Program-made: the position numbers and the translations under genes
NCBI GenBank assembly: GCA_036274735.1
Contig: DASUFD010000027.1
Span: 1,710-65,709 of the forward strand
Origin: Burkholderiales bacterium
GTDB taxonomy: Bacteria > Pseudomonadota > Gammaproteobacteria > Burkholderiales > SG8-39
DNA length: 64,000 nucleotides
Direction of reading: 5' to 3'
Notes under the pieces: generated by a model
The model's database searches: none
Told to the model about the DNA's origin: nothing
What the model saw: the letters and a program-made list of their open reading frames with translations, nothing else
In this document: positions 58,663 through 64,000 of the stretch, in pieces
Layout: each line of letters starts with the position of its first letter
Position numbering within the stretch: the stretch's first letter is position 1

Positions 58663-59437
58663 GCGGGTGATGATGGTGGTTCTTGTGCGTTCTCTGGGTC
58701 ACGGGCGCCAACGCACGGCGCCGCGCCCGCTCCTTGCGCCAGGCCGGCGTGACGAGCCGCAGGCCGGCGACGCGCTTCACCGCGCGCACCACGTAGACGC
58801 CGCCGAGCACCGGCCACCAGCGCGCGCCGGCCTTGTCCATGAACGCGAAGCGCTCGAGCCACACCTTGCTCGCGACCGGCGGGACGTAGCAGCCGATCTT
58901 GCCGCCGTTCAGCTCGAAGCCGAGCACGCGCAGCCAGTCGCGAAGCCGCAGCAGGCCGATGAAGTGGGCGTCCCACGGCGCGCCGGCCTTCTCGAGGAAC
59001 GGCGTGAGCTGGCGCAGCCGCCAGAGCGACGCGGTATTGAAGCCCGAGACGATGACGTGCCCTTCCGGGCGCAGCACGCGCTCGGCCTCGCGCAGCACCT
59101 GGTGCGGATTGGCGTGGAACTCGAGTACGTGCGGCAGCACCACGAGGTCGAGGCTCTGCGACTCGAGCGGCAGCTGCAGCGGGTCCGCGGCGAGCGCGGC
59201 GCCCGGCTCGAGCGCGAGCGTGAAGCGGAACTGGATGCGGTTCTGTCGCAGGAAGTCGACCTCGGGTAGTCCGACCTGCACGGCCCGGTAACCGAATACA
59301 TCGTCAACCGCGCTGTCAAACTGGGCGCGCTCCCAGCCGAGCACATAGGCTCCCTGGGGCGTCGCCAGCCAGGCGGAAAGCGACGAGCGCTCCCCGTTAT
59401 ACTTTTGCGATCCGTTCTGCAAGAAGGACTGCCGCAC
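58652..59437 (-). CDS. class I SAM-dependent methyltransferase (YafS-like)
   Basis: 261 aa from the GTG at 59435-59437, though the start is uncertain (an in-frame TTG lies 5 codons downstream). Conserved position between gloB and rnhA. The 3' end overlaps rnhA by 11 nt. Confidence 0.8.
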   Translation of the reverse strand: MRQSFLQNGSQKYNGERSSLSAWLATPQGAYVLGWERAQFDSAVDDVFGYRAVQVGLPEVDFLRQNRIQFRFTLALEPGAALAADPLQLPLESQSLDLVVLPHVLEFHANPHQVLREAERVLRPEGHVIVSGFNTASLWRLRQLTPFLEKAGAPWDAHFIGLLRLRDWLRVLGFELNGGKIGCYVPPVASKVWLERFAFMDKAGARWWPVLGGVYVVRAVKRVAGLRLVTPAWRKERARRRALAPVTQRTHKNHHHHPHAR

Positions 59438-59438
59438 G

Positions 59439-60218
59439 ATGCTCGCCGAAGTCGGTTATGAAGTCGCCGCAGTCAGGGCGTTCAAGGACAACTACGTCTG
59501 GACGCTGCGCAACGCCACCCATGCGGCGGTGGTCGATCCGGGCGACGCCCAGCCCGTGCTCGATTATCTCGCGCAGGAGAAGCTTGCGCTCGCCGCGGTG
59601 CTCGCGACGCATCACCATCCGGACCACGTCGGCGGCATCGCCCGCCTGCTCGAGCGCTGGAGCGTCCCGGTGTACGGGCCGCGGGGCGAGCCCATCGCCA
59701 CGGTGACCCGGCCGGTTTCGCAGGGCGACACGGTGGAGATCGGGCAGCTCGGCGCCCGCTTCTCGGTGCTCGACATTCCCGGCCATACGCGCGCGCACAT
59801 TGCCTATTATGGCGGCGGCGCCCTCTTCTGCGGCGACACGCTCTTCGCCTGCGGCTGCGGGCGGCTCTTCGAAGGCACGCCGGAGCAGATGTTTGCGTCC
59901 CTCGAGAAGCTGCGCGCCCTTCCCGACGACACGAAGATCTATTGCGGGCACGAATACACGCTCGCCAACATCGGCTTCGCCAGGGCAGTGGAGCCCGGGA
60001 ACGCGGCGCTCGAGCGGCGCGAAGCGCGCGACCGGCGCCTGCGCGAAGCCGGTCGCCCTACCCTTCCCTCGACGCTCGGCGACGAAAAGGCCACCAACCC
60101 GTTCCTGCGCTGTCGCGAGACGGCGGTCATCGAGTCGGCGAACAAGTATCTCGGCGCGCGCATCGCCGATCCGGTGCGCGTATTCGCCGCCATCCGTGAG
60201 TGGAAGAACCGGTTTTGA
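59439..60218 (+). CDS. gloB: hydroxyacylglutathione hydrolase (glyoxalase II)
   Basis: 259 aa. Motifs THHHPDHVGG, GHT and CGHEYT. Confidence 0.93.
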   Translation: MLAEVGYEVAAVRAFKDNYVWTLRNATHAAVVDPGDAQPVLDYLAQEKLALAAVLATHHHPDHVGGIARLLERWSVPVYGPRGEPIATVTRPVSQGDTVEIGQLGARFSVLDIPGHTRAHIAYYGGGALFCGDTLFACGCGRLFEGTPEQMFASLEKLRALPDDTKIYCGHEYTLANIGFARAVEPGNAALERREARDRRLREAGRPTLPSTLGDEKATNPFLRCRETAVIESANKYLGARIADPVRVFAAIREWKNRF

Positions 60219-61708
60219 CGGCGCGCCTGCGAACCCTCGCCCTCGCCTGCCTCAGCGCGCTCCTGTACGCCTGCGCCTCGCCGCCGCCTGCTTCGCCACC
60301 CCTCCCCGTTCCGGAACCGCCGCCGCCCGCAGCACAGACCACTGCCCCAGCGCCGGCGGCGGTCGCGCCGCCGCCCGCTCCGCGCGGCGAGCCCACCGCC
60401 GTGGTGGTGCCGCCGGCCAAGCCGGCGCCGCCGATCGACATCGCGAAGCTTCCGCCTTTCAAGGGCGAGCGCGAAGTCGTGCCGCCGCGCCTGGCGGTCG
60501 CGACCGTCGACCGCACCGTTCCCGGCGTCGACGACCTGTGGCAGCGCGTGCGCAAAGGGTTCGCGATGCCCGACCTCGACAACCGCTACGTGCGCCAGCA
60601 GACCGCCTACTACGTCGGGCATCCGGAGTACCTGCAGCGCATCTTCGACCGCAGCCGCCTCTACCTGTATCACATCGTCGGCGAGATCGAGCGGCGCGGC
60701 CTGCCCACCGAGCTCGCGCTGCTCCCCATGGTGGAGAGCGCCTTCAATCCGATGGCGTACTCGCGAGCGCACGCCACCGGCCTGTGGCAGTTCATCCCCG
60801 GCACCGGCAAGCGCTTCGAGCTCGACCAGAACTGGTGGTACGACGAGCGGCGCGACATCGTCGATTCGACGAGCGCGGCCCTCGATTACCTGACGAAGCT
60901 GCACGAGAGGTACGGCGACTGGCAGCTCGCCCTCGCTTCGTACAACTGGGGCGAAAACGGCGTGGCGCGCGCGATCGCGCGCAACAAGAAGCTGAAGCGG
61001 CCGACCGACTACTCGCACCTGCGCATGCCGCGCGAGACGCGCTACTACGTGCCGAAGCTGCAGGCACTGAAGAACATCATCCTCGATCCCGAGCGCTACA
61101 AGGTCGACCTCGAGCCCATTCCGAACGAGCGCTACTTCGTCACGCTCGCCGAAACACCGGACATGGATCTGCAGCTCGCGGCCAAGCTCGCCGAGATGCC
61201 GATCGAGGAGTTCATCGCGCTCAATCCCGGCTTCAAGCGGCCGCTGATCCGCTCCTCGGCGCAGCCGCGCCTGGTCCTCCCGGCGGAGAAGGTCGAGGTG
61301 TTCTACGACAACCTGGAGAAGTACGACGGCGATTCGCTGGTGTCGTGGGAGGTCTATCACCCCAAGCATGGCGAGACGTTCGGCCGGCTGGCGAAGAAGT
61401 TCCGGGTGACGATCGCCGAGCTGAAGAAGGTGAACGGCGTGCCGGCGCGCTCCTGGCGGGTGCCGAAGGTCCTGGTCGTGCCGATGAGCGCGGAGGCGCG
61501 CGAAGCGGTGAAGCTGCCGGTCATGTATCGCCCGCCGATTCCGGTCTACGGATCGGTGCGGGCGGTGCACCGCGTGAAGCGCGGCGAGACGCTGAGCGGC
61601 ATCGCCAAGCGCTACCACGTGAGCGTTGCCCAGCTCAAGCGCTGGAACCGCGTCGGCAAATATCTCCACGTGGGTCAGAGAATCTACATTCACAAGAGGA
61701 CCTTTTAG
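60200..61708 (+). CDS. mltD: MltD-like lytic murein transglycosylase lipoprotein, two LysM domains (copy 1)
   Basis: Lipobox LLYAC. Pro/Ala linker. SLT core LLPMVESAFNP...GLWQFIPGTG...ASYNWGENGV. Two C-terminal LysM-like segments. Start is GTG 60200 or TTG 60215. Confidence 0.88.
   Translation: MEEPVLTARLRTLALACLSALLYACASPPPASPPLPVPEPPPPAAQTTAPAPAAVAPPPAPRGEPTAVVVPPAKPAPPIDIAKLPPFKGEREVVPPRLAVATVDRTVPGVDDLWQRVRKGFAMPDLDNRYVRQQTAYYVGHPEYLQRIFDRSRLYLYHIVGEIERRGLPTELALLPMVESAFNPMAYSRAHATGLWQFIPGTGKRFELDQNWWYDERRDIVDSTSAALDYLTKLHERYGDWQLALASYNWGENGVARAIARNKKLKRPTDYSHLRMPRETRYYVPKLQALKNIILDPERYKVDLEPIPNERYFVTLAETPDMDLQLAAKLAEMPIEEFIALNPGFKRPLIRSSAQPRLVLPAEKVEVFYDNLEKYDGDSLVSWEVYHPKHGETFGRLAKKFRVTIAELKKVNGVPARSWRVPKVLVVPMSAEAREAVKLPVMYRPPIPVYGSVRAVHRVKRGETLSGIAKRYHVSVAQLKRWNRVGKYLHVGQRIYIHKRTF
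60503..61475 (+). repeat. tandem duplication unit A (mltD core)
   Basis: Colinear with 62033-63002 at the protein level, from TVDRTVP... to ...VVPMS. Long identical runs such as PTELALLPMVESAFNPMAYSRAHA and GDWQLALASYNWGENGVARA. Confidence 0.7.
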
Positions 61709-61753
61709 CAGGCGCAACGGCGCGTCCTGTGCCACTATGCGGGCCGCACTGCG

Positions 61754-63133
61754 ATGGCCAAGACCGTCTACTGCCTCACCGCCTGTTTGGTCCTCCTCGG
61801 CGCCTGCGCCTCGCCGCCGCCCACGGTGGTGCCCGCGGAAACGCCCGCAGTGCCGGCCACACCTGAAGAAGCGAGCCCAGCGCCTGCCACACCGCCTGCC
61901 GCGCCTGCGCCCGCGGCCGTGACGCCACCGGCGCCGGCACCGCTCCCCTCGGCGGCAACGATGCCCGACACGACGCCGCTGCCGCCCTTCGACGGTCTGA
62001 ACACCGTCCTCGCGCAGCCGCCGGCGGTCAAGACCATCGATCGCACCGTGCCGCCGGTCGACCTCTGGCAGCGCGTGCGCCAGGGCTTCGCCATGCCGGA
62101 CCTGACCGGGCCCCTGGTGCGCGAAAAGATGGCCTACTACGCGGCGCGCCCCGATTACCTGCAGCGCGTCTTCGATCGCAGCCGGCTCTACCTCTTCCAC
62201 ATCGTCGAGGAGCTGGAGAAGCGCAACATGCCCACCGAGCTCGCGCTGCTGCCGATGGTCGAAAGCGCCTTCAACCCGATGGCCTACTCGCGCGCGCACG
62301 CCTCGGGGCTCTGGCAGTTCATCCCGGGAACCGGCAGGCGCTGGGAGCTGCAGCAGAACTGGTGGTACGACGGTCGGCGCGACATCGTCGACTCCACCAA
62401 CGCGGCGCTCGACTACCTTGCCTATCTCTACGAGATGCACGGCGACTGGCAGCTCGCCCTCGCCTCGTACAACTGGGGCGAGAACGGCGTGGCGCGCGCC
62501 ATGGCGAGGAATCGCGCCGCCGGCAAGCCGGCCGATTTCGAGCACCTCTCGATGCCGCTCGAGACGCGGCACTACCTGCCGAAGCTGCAGGCGCTGAAGA
62601 ACATCATCCTCAATCCCGAGGCGCTCGGCATCACGCTCGAGCCGATCCCGAACCAGCCCTACTTCGCGACCACCACCAAGCTGCGCGACATCGACATCCG
62701 TCTGGCCGCGCAGCTCGCCGAGATGCCCGTCGACGAGTTCATCGCCCTCAATCCGGGCTTCAGCCGGCCGCTCATCCGCGCCTCGGTCACGCCGCGCATC
62801 GTCCTGCCGGCCGACAAAATCGACGTCTTCCACGAGAACCTCGAGAAGCTCGACGAGGGCTCGCTCGTCTCCTGGAAGAGCTACACGCCGCGGCGCGGGG
62901 AGGGGCTCGAGTCGATCGCGAAGAAGTACGGCATGAGCGTCGCCCAGCTCAAGGAAGTGAACGGCATCCCGGCGCGCAGCCGCGTCGTGCCGCGGCTGAT
63001 GGTCGTACCCGTGAGCAGCCACGCCGCCGCGGAGATGGGCAAGCTGCCGATCATGTACGCGCCGCCGATCGTCGCGAAGGGCAAGCCGCGCGTGCGGCCC
63101 AGGAGCAAGGCGAAAAGGACGGCTAGTCGATAG
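61754..63133 (+). CDS. MltD-like lytic murein transglycosylase lipoprotein, one LysM domain (copy 2, tandem paralog)
   Basis: 459 aa. Lipobox LLGAC. Same SLT core strings as copy 1. Single LysM-like segment and a basic C-terminal tail. Confidence 0.88.
   Translation: MAKTVYCLTACLVLLGACASPPPTVVPAETPAVPATPEEASPAPATPPAAPAPAAVTPPAPAPLPSAATMPDTTPLPPFDGLNTVLAQPPAVKTIDRTVPPVDLWQRVRQGFAMPDLTGPLVREKMAYYAARPDYLQRVFDRSRLYLFHIVEELEKRNMPTELALLPMVESAFNPMAYSRAHASGLWQFIPGTGRRWELQQNWWYDGRRDIVDSTNAALDYLAYLYEMHGDWQLALASYNWGENGVARAMARNRAAGKPADFEHLSMPLETRHYLPKLQALKNIILNPEALGITLEPIPNQPYFATTTKLRDIDIRLAAQLAEMPVDEFIALNPGFSRPLIRASVTPRIVLPADKIDVFHENLEKLDEGSLVSWKSYTPRRGEGLESIAKKYGMSVAQLKEVNGIPARSRVVPRLMVVPVSSHAAAEMGKLPIMYAPPIVAKGKPRVRPRSKAKRTASR
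62033..63002 (+). repeat. tandem duplication unit B (mltD core)
   Basis: Paralogous to 60503-61475. See unit A. Confidence 0.7.
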
Positions 63134-64000
63134 CCGGCACCGCAGCGAGCAGCTCGCGCGTGTAGGGATGCTTCGGCCGGCGCAGCACCTCGTCGACTCC
63201 GCCGTGCTCGACGATCTTTCCGCGGTACATCACCGCCACCTCGTGCGCGAGATACTCGACCACCGCGATGTTGTGCGTGATGAAGAGGTAGGCGAGGCCG
63301 CGCCGCTCCTGCAGAGTGCGCAGCAGATTGAGGATCTGCGCCTGCACCGAGACGTCGAGGGCGCTGGTCGGCTCGTCGCAGACGATGAGCTGCGGCGCGA
63401 CCGCGAGCGCGCGCGCGATCGCCAGGCGCTGGCGCTGGCCGCCGGAGAACTCGTGCGGGTAGCGCGCGAGGGCCTCCGCCGGCAGCCCGACCTCCTGCAG
63501 CAGCTCGGCGAGGCGACGCAGGCGTGCGGCGTCGTCGTCGAGGACGCGCAGGCTGCGCATGCCCTCGAGCAGGATCTCCGAGACGCGCAGGCGCGGGTTC
63601 AGCGAGCCGTACGGATCCTGGAAGATGATCTGCAGCGCGGCGCGCTGCGCGCGCATCGCGGCGCGCGGCAGGCCGGTCAGCTCGACCCCGGCGTGCTGCA
63701 CGCTGCCCGCCGTCGGCTCGATCAGCCGCAGGAGCGCCTTGCCGGTGGTGGTCTTGCCGCAGCCCGACTCGCCCACCAGGGCGAGCGTACGGCCTTCGCG
63801 CAAGGCGAACGAGACGCCGTCCACGGCCTTCACATGGCCGACGGTGCGGCGCAGCAGCCCGCGGCGGATCGGGAAATACACCTTCAGGTCCTTCACCTCG
63901 AGGAGGACCGCCGCCTGCGTCGCTTCCGGCGCGCCAGCGCCGGTTTCAACGGACGGCTCGGCGCGCGGGCCGGCCGCGCCCGCTTCGCGAAGGTGGCAGC
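63123..64000 (-). CDS. ABC transporter ATP-binding protein, oligopeptide/dipeptide (DppF/YejF-like), probably 5'-partial
   Basis: Walker [10 protein letters not shown], signature FSGGQRQR, Walker [13 protein letters not shown] and C-terminal HPYTRELL. The frame stays open from the GTG at 63896 to the window edge, so this may be the second half of a fused two-domain ATPase. Confidence 0.85.
   Translation of the reverse strand, partial: CHLREAGAAGPRAEPSVETGAGAPEATQAAVLLEVKDLKVYFPIRRGLLRRTVGHVKAVDGVSFALREGRTLALVGESGCGKTTTGKALLRLIEPTAGSVQHAGVELTGLPRAAMRAQRAALQIIFQDPYGSLNPRLRVSEILLEGMRSLRVLDDDAARLRRLAELLQEVGLPAEALARYPHEFSGGQRQRLAIARALAVAPQLIVCDEPTSALDVSVQAQILNLLRTLQERRGLAYLFITHNIAVVEYLAHEVAVMYRGKIVEHGGVDEVLRRPKHPYTRELLAAVPAID

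Noticed and set aside
60270-60430. Pro/Ala-coding repetitive stretch (also at 61810-61960), considered as a tandem repeat or CRISPR-like array
   Set aside because: These are in-frame low-complexity linkers after the lipoboxes of the two MltD paralogs. They show no regular repeat-spacer periodicity.
59939-63022. 1027-aa minus-strand ORF opposite gloB and both mltD copies
   Set aside because: It is an antisense shadow with extreme Arg/Gly/Asp/His bias and no domains. The plus-strand genes have clear motifs.

Overview
Very GC-rich proteobacterial chromosomal DNA, with codon third positions almost always G/C. The pyrG-kdsA-eno-ftsB and mltD-gloB-methyltransferase-rnhA-dnaQ neighbourhoods suggest a beta-proteobacterium. 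I support about 58 protein-coding genes, packed tightly with many 1-4 nt stop/start overlaps. I found no rRNA, tRNA, CRISPR array, transposase or integrase. Many long ORFs in the track are antisense or alternate-frame shadows caused by the high GC content, and several real genes needed their 5' ends trimmed, often to GTG or TTG starts.

Layout:
- 0-8.6 kb: small redox and transport genes, including two paralogous CMD-to-dehydrogenase pairs.
- 8.6-12.7 kb: ftsB-eno-kdsA-pyrG.
- 12.8-27.3 kb: acyl-CoA and ETF metabolism, plus a REC-GAF-GGDRF-EAL protein and an MscS channel with a cNMP-binding domain.
- 27.3-37.8 kb: a Pil-Chp type IV pilus chemosensory operon.
- 37.9-53.2 kb: a catabolic island with a citrate-synthase-like lyase, an acyl-CoA dehydrogenase, a TRAP transporter and a gapless ten-gene operon.
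- 53.2-64 kb: housekeeping genes and a tandem mltD duplication.

Best novelty candidates:
1. The Pil-Chp operon carries a translationally coupled LivK-type periplasmic binding protein between pilI and pilJ. It ends in a Hanks-type Ser/Thr kinase fused to a cyclic-nucleotide-binding domain. No CheR or CheB gene is present in the cluster.
2. The ten-gene operon has no intergenic DNA. It combines a CoA ligase, a thiolase-like protein that appears to lack its Cys nucleophile, a DUF35 fusion to a degenerate SDR, a cyclase, a racemase-like protein without its Cys residues, a LeuCD-like dehydratase, a hydantoinase-like amidohydrolase, an ICL/PEP-mutase-family lyase and a cysteine-synthase-like enzyme.

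All functional calls come from reading motifs by eye. No database search was run.
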